Shown: positions 1 through 9,623, counted from the stretch's first letter. The stretch is DNA of 64,000 nucleotides from a virus (IMGVR_UViG_2974616520_000001:49328-113327); one strand, 5' to 3'. Notes: generated from the letters alone by a model not told the origin. Made by a program: numbers and translations.

Positions 1-154
1 TCATGAACAGAATGTTGGGGGCGATCTGACGGCAGTACTTGGCCACTGTGTAATAGCCATAGTACATGATGTTCTGATGGGTCAGCTCGGTTGAGTCATC
101 CCAGGTGGCGATACAAGGACAGCCGTATGAATAGTCAATTCCGCAATAGATCAT
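1..154 (-). CDS. hypothetical Cys-rich protein, partial (ORF runs off the window start)
   Basis: ATG at 154 on minus strand, open to position 1 (51 codons visible: MIYCGIDYSYGCPC...); co-directional with downstream gene at 208-690. Confidence 0.3.
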   Translation of the reverse strand, partial: MIYCGIDYSYGCPCIATWDDSTELTHQNIMYYGYYTVAKYCRQIAPNILFM

Positions 155-207
155 GATAAATACCCGCTTTCAACTCATGTGTGATTACGGGTATTTATAC
201 AGGCCGC

Positions 208-690
208 TTAGTGAGGCTTGACGATCTTAGTCGGAGGCAGGATCAGCTTCGGCTGCTCTTCTTTGCGTTTCTCACCCAGACGGCGAATCTGCTGGATCAC
301 GTTCTGTTCAATGTAGTACTGGTGGGCCTTGTACCCTTCAGTGCCCATGAGCAGGTTACGGTTCTGTGGATCGATAAAGTGACCGGCCCCAGCCGCAAAC
401 TCCCAGCCGTTACGGTAAGCCAACAGCGCCAGGTTAGCGGTCTCAAACGCAATTTGCTCAGCGTTATAGCCGAAGCTCGGAGAGTAATTGACGGTAGTGT
501 CAACCAGGCTCACGATACCAGCCAGCGTCTGCATGAACGGATAGCCGTCTTCATCTGTGGCGAACTGATTGAACACAGTAGCATACTGCTCAGGCAGAGC
601 GCCGGTTTCAGGGTCTTTGATCGTGTTGATCATCAGCTCACTGATCTGGCTCTGGATGGATTCGGCGGTGACTTTAGTTTCTTCAGACAT
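208..690 (-). CDS. hypothetical protein (160 aa)
   Basis: ATG 690 preceded by AGAGG RBS; no recognisable motifs. Confidence 0.5.
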   Translation of the reverse strand: MSEETKVTAESIQSQISELMINTIKDPETGALPEQYATVFNQFATDEDGYPFMQTLAGIVSLVDTTVNYSPSFGYNAEQIAFETANLALLAYRNGWEFAAGAGHFIDPQNRNLLMGTEGYKAHQYYIEQNVIQQIRRLGEKRKEEQPKLILPPTKIVKPH

Positions 691-699
691 TTGTAACCT

Positions 700-1185
700 C
701 TATATTGTGTTAGAACGAATGAATGATACTTCATTCTCTATCTTTGAATTTACCTGGCAATCCAAGAAGCCCAGGGTGGCCATAGGAAGGTGATTCAGGA
801 GCGGTGACTCACTACCACTATCCTGTAATGAGGTGACTGCTCCCAGGTGACCTGCTAACACCATCTGCACAAGCAGCCGTCCAATGCATACCGAGCCGGG
901 GTGGTGATTACCCAAAGTGCTCAGAGTGCGGTGGACGTCTAATGGAAGAACGTGCTTATCATTGATCGGGGAATATACTGGATCAACAACGATAATTTTG
1001 AACCCAGCATGGATCAGGTCTATCACCCCATAATGGATACTGCGGCGGGTTTCCAGGTCCATGGCAATCTTGGTGATCCCATTACGCTGGCAATAGTCCG
1101 TGAGGAAGAGACAAAAGTCGTCCTCTTCAACTGTCAGAACGTCCAGCTGTTTGTTCTCTCCTGCGAAACAATACCCAGTCAACAT
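700..1185 (-). CDS. hypothetical protein, weak calcineurin-like metallophosphoesterase resemblance
   Basis: 161-aa ORF; TDYCQRNG resembles GDxxDRG motif II and LGNHH resembles GNH[DE] motif III, but motif I not seen; divergent from plus-strand baseplate operon. Confidence 0.35.
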   Translation of the reverse strand: MLTGYCFAGENKQLDVLTVEEDDFCLFLTDYCQRNGITKIAMDLETRRSIHYGVIDLIHAGFKIIVVDPVYSPINDKHVLPLDVHRTLSTLGNHHPGSVCIGRLLVQMVLAGHLGAVTSLQDSGSESPLLNHLPMATLGFLDCQVNSKIENEVSFIRSNTI

Positions 1186-1198
1186 TTTACAACCCTCG

Positions 1199-1206
1199 TA
1201 TAAATA
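1199..1206 (+). promoter_or_regulatory. T4-type late promoter TATAAATA
   Basis: exact TATAAATA 28 nt upstream of ATG 1234 (GGAG RBS at 1221); downstream genes are baseplate (late) genes. Confidence 0.55.
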
Positions 1207-1233
1207 CCGGTACAGTATAGCCGGAGCCTACAT

Positions 1234-2017
1234 TATGAACTATCCATCATTACCCAAAACACAGCGATCTTATGAACATAAAATCTGGCCGCACAAGATT
1301 AAATATTCTGCTTTCACAGCAGGACAGCAGTCCCTTCTGTTACAGGTAGCTGACCCACAAGTACCTATGCAGGAACGCATCGACACCATGTCTCAGGTGT
1401 TTGGACAGAGCGTTGATGCAGGTGCCCCGTTCTCTGCTTTACCGCTGGCTATCGTTGAGAAGATCTTCCTCCTGATGCGTGAGATCGCCATCGGTGAGAT
1501 CATGAAGCTGCGCTATGGCTGCAAGGCCCAGGTGGACAGCGAAGACGGTAAAGGTAAAGAAGCCTGTGGTCAGGAACTCGTTGTTCCAGTCAACCTGTCT
1601 CAGGTAGATATCCTCATCGATCCTGAGTTCAAAAAGGACTTCGAGCTGTCTGGTGATATCTGGATCAGGATGCGTCTTCCTACTTATCAGGATGCGCTGT
1701 CGCTGGCCAACTCTGCTGATATCCCGTTGCTCTTCGCCACGTTTACCGAGTGCTTGTTTGATGAGAACCAAAGCTGGCCTGTGGCTCGTCCAGATGAAGA
1801 AGGTATCAGCCTGGAAGAAAGGAAGGCGCGGCAGGTCAAATTTGATGAATTCCGTGAATGGGTATCTGAGAATATTGACTCAGTGATGATCAATACTATC
1901 AAAGAATCTTTCTTTGATAAATTACCGTCTATCCATTATAAGACTGAAGTTAAATGTCCTAAATGTGGAACGATGCATCCTATTGAATTTACTAATCTCA
2001 ATCAGATTTTCATTTAA
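1234..2017 (+). CDS. baseplate-associated protein (putative hub/wedge component) with C-terminal zinc ribbon
   Basis: 261 aa from ATG 1234 (RBS GGAG); first gene of plus-strand block followed by gp5-like and gp25-like genes; C-terminal KCPKCG motif; family not recognised precisely. Confidence 0.5.
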
Positions 2018-2148
2018 TATTTGAAATTGATTTGTTTATGTTCTTTGAAATGTGTGATGTCATGAAGAGTCACAACTATAGCATGTTTGAGATTAATGAT
2101 ATGATGCCCTGGCACTTAGATGTTTTGACTGAGAAAGCCAAGAACCGC

Positions 2149-2180
2149 AAGCCCTCCTGACCGGGGGCTTCTTTATTTAT
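2149..2180 (+). terminator. rho-independent terminator after baseplate gene
   Basis: hairpin AAGCCC-tcctgacc-GGGCTT followed by CTTTATTTAT on plus strand, 130 nt after stop at 2017. Confidence 0.55.
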
Positions 2181-2299
2181 AGGTGAACATAAAATAACGC
2201 TTTCTCAATGATCAACCTGTCAGTATAATGCATTTCAGCAGCTGCGCTGACGATGAGTATTTATGAACGAAGTGAATAAATGCGAGTCGTAATGGTTTT

Positions 2300-2377
2300 A
2301 TCCGAGCGTAGCGAGTGATAAGACTTTAATAAGAACGGCGGCTGCGCCGCCTATAATATTAATATAAACCGCGCGAG
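2300..2377 (+). repeat. copy A of ~80-bp three-block intergenic element (ATCCGAGCGTAGCGAGTGATAA ... TAATAAGAAC ... ACCGCGCGAG)
   Basis: blocks at 2300-2321, 2327-2336, 2368-2377; same three blocks in same order occur reverse-complemented at 48861-48948. Confidence 0.8.
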
Positions 2378-2396
2378 AGCAAATTCCCGTTCCCCA

Positions 2397-2404
2397 CATA
2401 AATA
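2397..2404 (+). promoter_or_regulatory. late-promoter-like CATAAATA (7/8 match to TATAAATA)
   Basis: 32 nt upstream of ATG 2436 of the gp5-like gene, 20 nt after repeat block 3. Confidence 0.4.
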
Positions 2405-2435
2405 CAGGTAGAAGACTAACACCAAGGTCAATGAT

Positions 2436-4289
2436 ATGCTACCTGAAAAACGCTGGTTCTATGCTTGTGTTGAAGACGTGAATGATCCTGACCAGAACGG
2501 CAGGATTGCTATCCGTATCGCAGGCGTACACACCCAAGATAAGACTGTCCTCCCCACCGAGTTCCTGCCGTGGGCTAAATGCCTCATGCCTGTTACCAAT
2601 GCGTCATCTGTAGGGCTTGGAGCAGCACCGACAGGCGTCACAGTAGGCACATGGATCGAGGGTTACGCCCTTGACGAAGCCTATCAGGAAGTTCGTGCCT
2701 GTTGGGTATGGACAGGACAGAACCCAATCAACGGCTCAGACACCAACCCGCTGGCGCTGGGACAGGTTGTACAGGCGATTGATCGTCAGCAATACAACGC
2801 CATTGAGAACATCCCGGTTAAACAGGAAGATGAAACACCTGCGCCGCCGCCCCCTGAACCTGTACCCGAGGGTGCCGATGCTCAGAAGTGGATGGAGATC
2901 GCCTCTGGTGAGATTGGTACCAAAGAATATGCGGGTAAGTTCAACAACAACCCCAGAATCATTGAATATCATAAGACAACATCGCTTGCTGCAAGTCAGG
3001 ACGAGGTCTCGTGGTGTGCTGCATTCGTGGGCTGGTGTCTGATCAAAGCAGGTTACACAGCCACCCGGTCTGCTTTAGCCCGTTCATACGTGAACTGGGG
3101 CAGTACGCTGGCGGCCCCGCGCTTTGGTGCAGTTGTTGTCTTCCGTCGCGGTAACAACCCGACGTTTGGTCATGTGGGATTTGTGCAGCGTTTTGACGCC
3201 AACTACATCTATTGCCTGGGCGGCAACCAGTCTGACAGCGTGAAGATCAGCCGGTTCCCGCGCTCCAGTGTATTGTCATACCGCTGGCCAACTGGCCTGA
3301 CTACAGAAGCTGCAGCCCCAGCACAGAAGAATGGTAAATGGTCTGAGCCTATCCCTGACCGTACACCAAAGCCTGTGACCACACCGCCTCCATCAGGCAA
3401 TATACAGGACTCAGACGTCACCGGAGAGGCTGTTGTGCCAACACAGGGCGGTAGCAAGTATCCCTACAATATCCCGTTTGCATCTCGCTCAGGGCACCTG
3501 ATTGAGATTGATGATACGCCTGGGGGTGAACGTCTTCACTGGATGCATACGAGCGGCTCCTATAAGCAGATGTTGGCTGACGGCGACGTGGTCAACAAGT
3601 CCATGAAGGACCATTATGACATCACCAAGTTCGATAAGAAGATTGCTGTCGGCGGTGACCACAACTTCACAGTAGGTGGCTCTGAGGTCAAGCGTAAGGA
3701 AGGCCCGTCATACTCTCTGTACAACAGCCAGAAGACCTCTGTGGTCAATGGGCCTCAGTTGCAGAAGGTTTCGGGTGTTCATGAGATCCATGCGGGTGAG
3801 GTTCACCGTATCATTGCTGACCTAATTGAGGGTAGCGGTACTCTCAGGATTCCCAAGATCGAGGTAGGCTCTATCCTGGCCGACAATCTTGAAGTCAAGA
3901 ACGTGATCAACGGGAACATCAAGTATGCAGAAGGCGCTGGCAGAGCACCAGTCAAAGCAGGGGCCACCCCAGCCAGTCCGAGCGGGCCGGGTAGCATCGA
4001 CATCAAAGCAACTCTGAACGATACGGGCGGCAACTTTGATAAGCCAATCCAGGGAGAAGGCAGTGCTCCAGCGTCTGCTAAGATCATGGCAAACAGATTG
4101 GCTGACACGAGTTCCAGCACGTCTGAGAGTGCTGCTGAGGCAACCCCTGTGGCAATGCCGATGTCTTTCCCTATTACAACTCAGCTCCCGTCAGCGTCGC
4201 AGTACCCTGACATGGTGATCATCTTGCGTCAGGCCGGTTCTAAACCCCAAATGATGCTGTCAAACGGAAGTACGTGGGAGGCCATGTGA
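2436..4289 (+). CDS. baseplate central spike protein, gp5-like, carrying a CHAP/NlpC-P60-type cell-wall peptidase domain
   Basis: 617 aa; N-terminal gp5-like OB-fold region (GRIAIRIAGVHTQ..., WIEGYALD); central peptidase-like domain (SWCAAFVGWCL ... FGHVGFV, TIGR02594-like Cys/His); C-terminal Gly-rich repeat region; followed by gp25-like gene. Confidence 0.7.
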   Translation: MLPEKRWFYACVEDVNDPDQNGRIAIRIAGVHTQDKTVLPTEFLPWAKCLMPVTNASSVGLGAAPTGVTVGTWIEGYALDEAYQEVRACWVWTGQNPINGSDTNPLALGQVVQAIDRQQYNAIENIPVKQEDETPAPPPPEPVPEGADAQKWMEIASGEIGTKEYAGKFNNNPRIIEYHKTTSLAASQDEVSWCAAFVGWCLIKAGYTATRSALARSYVNWGSTLAAPRFGAVVVFRRGNNPTFGHVGFVQRFDANYIYCLGGNQSDSVKISRFPRSSVLSYRWPTGLTTEAAAPAQKNGKWSEPIPDRTPKPVTTPPPSGNIQDSDVTGEAVVPTQGGSKYPYNIPFASRSGHLIEIDDTPGGERLHWMHTSGSYKQMLADGDVVNKSMKDHYDITKFDKKIAVGGDHNFTVGGSEVKRKEGPSYSLYNSQKTSVVNGPQLQKVSGVHEIHAGEVHRIIADLIEGSGTLRIPKIEVGSILADNLEVKNVINGNIKYAEGAGRAPVKAGATPASPSGPGSIDIKATLNDTGGNFDKPIQGEGSAPASAKIMANRLADTSSSTSESAAEATPVAMPMSFPITTQLPSASQYPDMVIILRQAGSKPQMMLSNGSTWEAM

Positions 4290-4666
4290 AGAAATATATC
4301 GATGTTGACCTGCACTTTGACCGTCACCCTGTAACAGGGGATGTGACCAAGCGCGTAGGCGTCCGGGCTGTACTGCAGTCAGTACGCAACATTGTAATGA
4401 CATCTCTTGATGAATGGGAAACAATGCCCCAGATGGGCGCGGGTATGTACCGGATTATGGGCGAGAACACAACCCCAACGATCCAGGTAGATATTCAGAA
4501 TAAGATTGAAGATGCGATTGTGCAGTATGAAACGCGGGCTGAGCTGGAAGAAGTATCCGTGTCATTACTGGAAGATATGCACACACTGATGGTGAAGATC
4601 ACCTTCTATGTGACAAACAACCCAGATCCGATCACGGATACCATTTACCTGAAGCGAACCAATTAG
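4274..4666 (+). CDS. baseplate wedge protein, gp25/GPW family
   Basis: 130 aa; alignable by eye to T4 gp25 (D..DLHFD...G....SV.N......EW, C-terminal V...VKITFYVTNNPDPI); 16-nt overlap with upstream gene. Confidence 0.7.
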   Translation: MGGHVKKYIDVDLHFDRHPVTGDVTKRVGVRAVLQSVRNIVMTSLDEWETMPQMGAGMYRIMGENTTPTIQVDIQNKIEDAIVQYETRAELEEVSVSLLEDMHTLMVKITFYVTNNPDPITDTIYLKRTN

Positions 4667-5043
4667 AACTTTTTGTTCTTACGATTTTCAAAGACTGTGT
4701 TCCACTTCATCAGGACCATACGGGTGACCAGGCCTTGCGGCGTGACCTTGAGATGCAACTCGGGAAACGCGCCTGGCTTGGGCATGAAGTTGCTATAGAA
4801 GTTAGGCGTCAGCTTCACGCTCACTGTCACCACGTTCTGTCCGATATCTTCCCGCCGTATGACATGCACGATATCACCGATTCTCATGCACTCACCATTA
4901 TCGTTCAGGCCACTGATTACCTGCAGCTGACAGCGACACAGATTGTCGGCGTCATTGATCACATCACAGAAAGCCTGTATCGTGTGTTCATTCCCCACAA
5001 TATCCAGCTGTGACGTCATGTTCAGAACTTCTGCCGTTTTCAT
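4663..5043 (-). CDS. hypothetical protein (126 aa)
   Basis: ORF convergent with baseplate operon; stops overlap at 4663-4666. Confidence 0.45.
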   Translation of the reverse strand: MKTAEVLNMTSQLDIVGNEHTIQAFCDVINDADNLCRCQLQVISGLNDNGECMRIGDIVHVIRREDIGQNVVTVSVKLTPNFYSNFMPKPGAFPELHLKVTPQGLVTRMVLMKWNTVFENRKNKKF

Positions 5044-5044
5044 C

Positions 5045-5485
5045 TCACACCTCCAGTTCTACCCATGAGACGACATCAATTTCAATTCCCCTGTCGGCTT
5101 CGCGATCCTTTTCGATAACGACTCTGAACTGCGGAGACAAAAGACTGATATGTTCCGATACAAAATATGGGCGATTTGCGTAATTACCGATGCGGCCCTT
5201 GATGAATTGTAACACCTGCGGGTCCATATCGGTCGAGTCTACCTTGAACCATGGCTGGCCTACTGCCTGACGCAACTCTGTCACCTTACCCAGCCGTCCT
5301 ACCAAAAGACCAGTTCTCTTGCAGCGTACTACCACATCCACTTCTGATTTATAGATTTCATCGCCTACCAGGTGCAGGGCATTGACGAAGGGTTGTTGCT
5401 CTCCGCTGTGGTCAAAGCATGGAACATTGTAATCAATAGCGAAGCAGCCGAAGTTGTGACGAGCATTCTTGAGAGTAGTATTCAT
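5045..5485 (-). CDS. hypothetical protein (~146 aa from ATG 5485)
   Basis: ATG 5485 with AGGA RBS; track start at 5551 is not preceded by an SD. Confidence 0.45.
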   Translation of the reverse strand: MNTTLKNARHNFGCFAIDYNVPCFDHSGEQQPFVNALHLVGDEIYKSEVDVVVRCKRTGLLVGRLGKVTELRQAVGQPWFKVDSTDMDPQVLQFIKGRIGNYANRPYFVSEHISLLSPQFRVVIEKDREADRGIEIDVVSWVELEV

Positions 5486-5601
5486 GATATAGTGTCCTGA
5501 GACGTTCAAGTTCAATAAACTGTCCAGGAAGTATAGGCTTGAGGATTTCAATAGTAAAGCCTGGGATTTGAACTCCAGGCTTTTTAAGCGTAAACCTAAT
5601 T

Positions 5602-5826
5602 CTAGCGCTTCAGGTGACTAATCAGGCCAGCATAACCGGTGACTGAGTGGTCAGGTAACACAACCACAGGCATTGCCATGGTGCGCTGCCCTGTGAGCGC
5701 CTGAACGTCCTCCAGACGGTAATCATCATCCAGCTTGAGGACTTTGTGCTCGATGCCGCGAGCCTTGCAGAGGGCAGCAGCAGAATTACATTGAGCACAA
5801 CCAGGTTTAGAGTAGATCTTGATCAT
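5602..5826 (-). CDS. glutaredoxin/NrdH-like redoxin
   Basis: 74 aa, N-terminal KPGCAQC active-site CxxC, immediately downstream of nrdB; 4-nt overlap with nrdB stop. Confidence 0.75.
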   Translation of the reverse strand: MIKIYSKPGCAQCNSAAALCKARGIEHKVLKLDDDYRLEDVQALTGQRTMAMPVVVLPDHSVTGYAGLISHLKR

Positions 5827-7001
5827 TTATCGGCCTTTAGAAGTTTGCGACGGTCAACCAGACCATCAGTTACGGAACCGGTCATGATGCCTGTCAGGTA
5901 GTCAGCAGCTTCGGCTTCCTGTAAGGCATACTGCATCTGATCATTATTTAACCACTCATTAATCCAAGGATATGGATTGTCTTTGGTGGCGTTGCCAGGG
6001 TACGGGTGGCCGATAGCGCCCATACGTGCAGTGGCTAACCAGTCAACAAACTGGCAGTTCGTTTCGTGGTTCATACCCAGAATCGCGCCATCTTTGAACA
6101 GATACTTGGACCATTCCTTTTCCTGCTCAGCAACGCTCACATACAGGGCAGTCATCTCTGAACGCAGCTCTTCACGGATCATCTCAAAGTCTGGGTCCAT
6201 CTTTGGATAACGATTGAGCAGAGTCTGGGTCAGCATCAGGTGGTCTTGTTCATCACGAGCAATCTGACGGATGATCTTGGCGTTGCCTTCCATCTTACCG
6301 TTCAGGAACTGAGGAAACGCCCATGAACATGCGAACGACACATAGAAGCGGATACCCTCCAGGCTATTAGCAGCGAACAGAGCACGCCAGAAGGCCCGCT
6401 TGGCATCCAGCATTTCTTCGCGGCTGAACACGTGGCCCATCATACGCATGCCGGCATATTTGATCATTTCGTCATAATACTTCGCGATGTCGTTCGCGCA
6501 ATCGACGATTTCAGAAACGTCAAGGATGTGGTCAAACACGATGCCTGGGTCATTGACTGTGTTACGCAGGATGTGGGTATAAGACAGGCTGTGAATCGCT
6601 TCCTGGCGGGTCCACTCCAGTACAGCGAACTGCATCTCTGGAGTTGAGGTCCAGGCACCGAATGCTTCTTGTGGGGCCGCCCCCTGAATGGTGTCCAGCA
6701 TAGACTGGCGCTTCAGGTTGCTAATGAAGATATGTTTCTCGTGATCTTCCAGGGACTCGTAGTCAGCCTTGTCTTTGGTGACGTCGACTTCCTCTGGACG
6801 CCAGAACTGAGACAGACCTTTTTCGTACCACTTCTTGACAAACGGCCAGGCAACTTTGTCATAACGCTGGATGTTCACAGGGTCACCGAAAAATGGCAGG
6901 CGGGTATTGTCAGACATAGTGTTGAACACAGAGAACGGGATCATACGCTTGCCGTTCTCTTCAACGAATAAGGATTCAATTTCGGTCTTGGACATAGTCA
7001 T
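5823..7001 (-). CDS. nrdB: ribonucleotide reductase class Ia small (beta) subunit
   Basis: 392 aa; di-iron/tyrosyl radical motifs (EAIHS..SY, EGIRFY..F, RDEQDHL) typical of NrdB. Confidence 0.9.
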   Translation of the reverse strand: MTMSKTEIESLFVEENGKRMIPFSVFNTMSDNTRLPFFGDPVNIQRYDKVAWPFVKKWYEKGLSQFWRPEEVDVTKDKADYESLEDHEKHIFISNLKRQSMLDTIQGAAPQEAFGAWTSTPEMQFAVLEWTRQEAIHSLSYTHILRNTVNDPGIVFDHILDVSEIVDCANDIAKYYDEMIKYAGMRMMGHVFSREEMLDAKRAFWRALFAANSLEGIRFYVSFACSWAFPQFLNGKMEGNAKIIRQIARDEQDHLMLTQTLLNRYPKMDPDFEMIREELRSEMTALYVSVAEQEKEWSKYLFKDGAILGMNHETNCQFVDWLATARMGAIGHPYPGNATKDNPYPWINEWLNNDQMQYALQEAEAADYLTGIMTGSVTDGLVDRRKLLKADK

Positions 7002-7067
7002 GGTGTAGATACTCTCTTGGGGAATAGAAGGACTGGGGCTATTATACCCCAGTTTGTATCAATGAAA

Positions 7068-7247
7068 TTATGCGGTTTTCTTTTCGAGCGTGAAGTTCAG
7101 AGGAGTGGCGGTAACGCCGTGTCCATCGGGCGTAGACAGGTTTGCTGCAGTAACGTTATTGCACGCCAGTCGCGCCTGATCAACAGTCTCATAGCGCAGG
7201 ATAATGGTTTTGTCGCCGGGTACGATCAACAGGATTTCATAGTTCAT
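7068..7247 (-). CDS. small hypothetical protein (59 aa) between nrdA and nrdB
   Basis: ATG 7247 with GAGG RBS; analogous position to T4 nrdA.1/nrdA.2. Confidence 0.35.
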   Translation of the reverse strand: MNYEILLIVPGDKTIILRYETVDQARLACNNVTAANLSTPDGHGVTATPLNFTLEKKTA

Positions 7248-7268
7248 GGTGTAGCCTCATTTCAAAGA

Positions 7269-7282
7269 GGGGCCGTAGCCCC
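7269..7282 (-). other. intercistronic GC-clamped hairpin, UACG tetraloop on mRNA
   Basis: GGGGC-cgta-GCCCC (mRNA: GGGGC-UACG-GCCCC) between nrdA stop (7290) and next start (7247). Confidence 0.6.
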
Positions 7283-7289
7283 AGGTGGG

Positions 7290-9623
7290 TTAGATGATAC
7301 AGCTGGCGCAATAGGACGGGTCGTCCTCAGGGTTCTCGTACTTCTGAGTGATCGGGCCTGCATCTGCCTTCTCATCTTCAGGTTCTTCTTCCTGGGTATC
7401 GCGGTTCGTGTTGTAGTACAGAGTCTTCCCGCCGCGAGCATAGAAGTCCATCATGTCCTGCATAATCAGGGAACGAGGAACCTTGCCGCCTGGGAAGCGA
7501 TTTGGATCATAGTGGGTGTTGGTGCTGATAGACTGATCAACCCAGCGCTGGCATACCACAACAGTGTTCAGGTAGTCGGCACAACGCACGTCCCACTTCA
7601 GGTCATACACAGGACCGAGAAGCTCAACGTCTGGAACCAGCTGCTTGAAGTTGCCGTCCTTAGATCCCTTGATTGACCAGAGACCTTTTGGAGGCTCAAC
7701 ACCGTTCGTTGCGTTGAGGACTTGAGAGGAGCTCTCAGTGGGTGCAATCGCCAGTAAGGTGGCATTACGGATACCAAACTGCTTCAGGCGGGCTTTCAGG
7801 CCGTCCCAATCAAGTCCATAGGCGTTACCCTCAGGCAACTGGCCAGTGGGCAGGATATCGCTTGCAAGAGGCTGTAGATCCGCTGTGGTCTTACCTTCAT
7901 CATGGATGGTAGGCAGGCGGCATTTACCCCACTTCTCTGCCAGGCGGTTTGAAGCACTGACCAGATGATAATGAAGGTGAGCCATCCACTCATCTATCAG
8001 GCGGAGGCCTTCTGGTGAACCGTAAGAACAGAAGTTCTTCGCCAGGAAGTGAGCCAGGTTGACGATACCGATACCCAGCGGGCGGTAATCCAGTACAGCT
8101 TCACGCGCCTGCTTCATCGGATAGTCTTGATACTCCAGGAGCATATCCAACGCCGATACCAGCACATAGCAGACGTCTTCCATTTCATCGAACTCAACGC
8201 CTGTCATGTTGAGTGATGCCAGAGTACACAGAGCAATACGCCCACGCATGTCGTCTTCATTTTCGAACGGCTTGGTAGGCAGCGCGATCTCAACACACAG
8301 ATTAGACTGATAGACAGTATCAACCACGAATGGGCTGTATTTGTTCATGTTGTCAACGAATGCGACATAGATACGGCCTGTGTCTGAACGCTGGTCAGCA
8401 AACCACTGCCATACTTCTTCGGCCGAATGTTTTTTGAAGCGAATCTCACCGCGCTCAGCACGTTGGATGGCCTTCTCATATTCAGCCTTGAACAGTTCGT
8501 TGTTATTGAAGTATGACTCATAGAACGGGCTACCGTCTGAGCCAACATCTTTCGGGTCGAACAGATACATAGACTGACCGTCAAGCAGGCGGTCCCACAT
8601 CACGCCGTTGATCTGAACGCCATAGTCAGTACGGCGCTCACGGTTCTCTGCCAGACCACGGTTGTTCTTCAGGACGATCATGTCTTCAAACTGGAAGTGC
8701 CACATCGGGTAATACATGGTTGCTGCGCCGCCACGGATACCGCCCTGAGAGCAGCTCTTCAGATCACCCACGAACTTCTTGATGAACGGTACAGTACCGG
8801 TATGGGTCATCTCACCGTCGCGGATAGCAGAGCCTACAGCACGGATAGCGCCGAAGTCAACACCGATACCCGCACGCTTGGAGACATACTTGACGATTGC
8901 GGTGCCGGTAGCTGTAATGCTGTCCAGTGAGTCACCACACTTGATGAGGACACAAGAGCTGAACTGACGGGTACGGGTACGGACGCCTGCCATGATAGGG
9001 GTCGGCAGACTGAACTTACCGGTAGAGGCGTAGTTGTAAAACTTCTTGATCATATCCAGGCGCTCTGCCTTGTCCTCTAAACGTGAGAACAGGGCCATCG
9101 CAATCGCCATGTACATAACCTGAGGAGTTTCGCAGTAGGAGCCTTTCTTGGTACGGTCACGGAGCAGATACTTTTCAACCAGCTGGCCCATTGCCGCATA
9201 GGTGAAGTTCTTGTCGCGTTTGTGGTTGATGGTTTGCTGGAGTTCTTCAAACTCAGAATCAGAATAGATGTCAAGAAACTCGGCATCATATTTCTTGTCG
9301 GCCACGTTCTTCTTGAAGATCTCAATCAGGTGTGGTGGCTTGTATTGACCATAAACCCGCTTACGCAGGTCATAGTTCTTCAGCCGCGCCGCCACATACT
9401 GGTAGTTTGACTTCTCAACAGAGATAAGACTGACTGCAGCCTGGATGAGGATTTCCTGGATGCGCTCCGACTTCATGCCATCAGTGAACTGGATTTTGGA
9501 GCGATCCACGATCTCAGACACCGATACGCCAGACAGCCCGTCACAAGCGCGGCCAAGGACAGTATGGATTCGTTCAACTTCAAATGGAACGGATAGACCG
9601 CTCCTTTTTATGATAGAGATCAT
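7290..9623 (-). CDS. nrdA: ribonucleotide reductase class Ia large (alpha) subunit with N-terminal ATP cone
   Basis: 777 aa; ATP-cone N-terminus (VIKRSG..FE..RI), catalytic region (LSSCVL-like, NLCTEI-like) and C-terminal CxxC tail (YCASC). Confidence 0.92.
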   Translation of the reverse strand: MISIIKRSGLSVPFEVERIHTVLGRACDGLSGVSVSEIVDRSKIQFTDGMKSERIQEILIQAAVSLISVEKSNYQYVAARLKNYDLRKRVYGQYKPPHLIEIFKKNVADKKYDAEFLDIYSDSEFEELQQTINHKRDKNFTYAAMGQLVEKYLLRDRTKKGSYCETPQVMYMAIAMALFSRLEDKAERLDMIKKFYNYASTGKFSLPTPIMAGVRTRTRQFSSCVLIKCGDSLDSITATGTAIVKYVSKRAGIGVDFGAIRAVGSAIRDGEMTHTGTVPFIKKFVGDLKSCSQGGIRGGAATMYYPMWHFQFEDMIVLKNNRGLAENRERRTDYGVQINGVMWDRLLDGQSMYLFDPKDVGSDGSPFYESYFNNNELFKAEYEKAIQRAERGEIRFKKHSAEEVWQWFADQRSDTGRIYVAFVDNMNKYSPFVVDTVYQSNLCVEIALPTKPFENEDDMRGRIALCTLASLNMTGVEFDEMEDVCYVLVSALDMLLEYQDYPMKQAREAVLDYRPLGIGIVNLAHFLAKNFCSYGSPEGLRLIDEWMAHLHYHLVSASNRLAEKWGKCRLPTIHDEGKTTADLQPLASDILPTGQLPEGNAYGLDWDGLKARLKQFGIRNATLLAIAPTESSSQVLNATNGVEPPKGLWSIKGSKDGNFKQLVPDVELLGPVYDLKWDVRCADYLNTVVVCQRWVDQSISTNTHYDPNRFPGGKVPRSLIMQDMMDFYARGGKTLYYNTNRDTQEEEPEDEKADAGPITQKYENPEDDPSYCASCII

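Noticed and set aside
1100-1233. N-terminal extension of the first baseplate gene given by the ORF track (start 1100)
   Set aside because: It overlaps the divergent gene at 700-1185; ATG 1234 has a GGAG RBS and a TATAAATA 28 nt upstream.
2172-2179. tatttata (reverse complement TATAAATA) read as a minus-strand late promoter
   Set aside because: It is the U-tract of the plus-strand terminator hairpin at 2149-2170 and no minus-strand gene follows it (only a 17-codon ORF).
7017-7676. Plus-strand ORFs listed by the track inside nrdA/nrdB and other strongly supported minus-strand genes (e.g. 7017-7676, 27914-28753, 43798-44382, 45745-46494, 49965-50537, 61536-61856)
   Set aside because: Antisense shadow ORFs within genes that have clear family signatures on the other strand; no RBS or motif support.
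5823-9623. Looked for group I introns or intein interruptions in nrdA/nrdB as in T4
   Set aside because: Both reading frames are continuous with full-length family-typical proteins; no intron-like structured insert seen.
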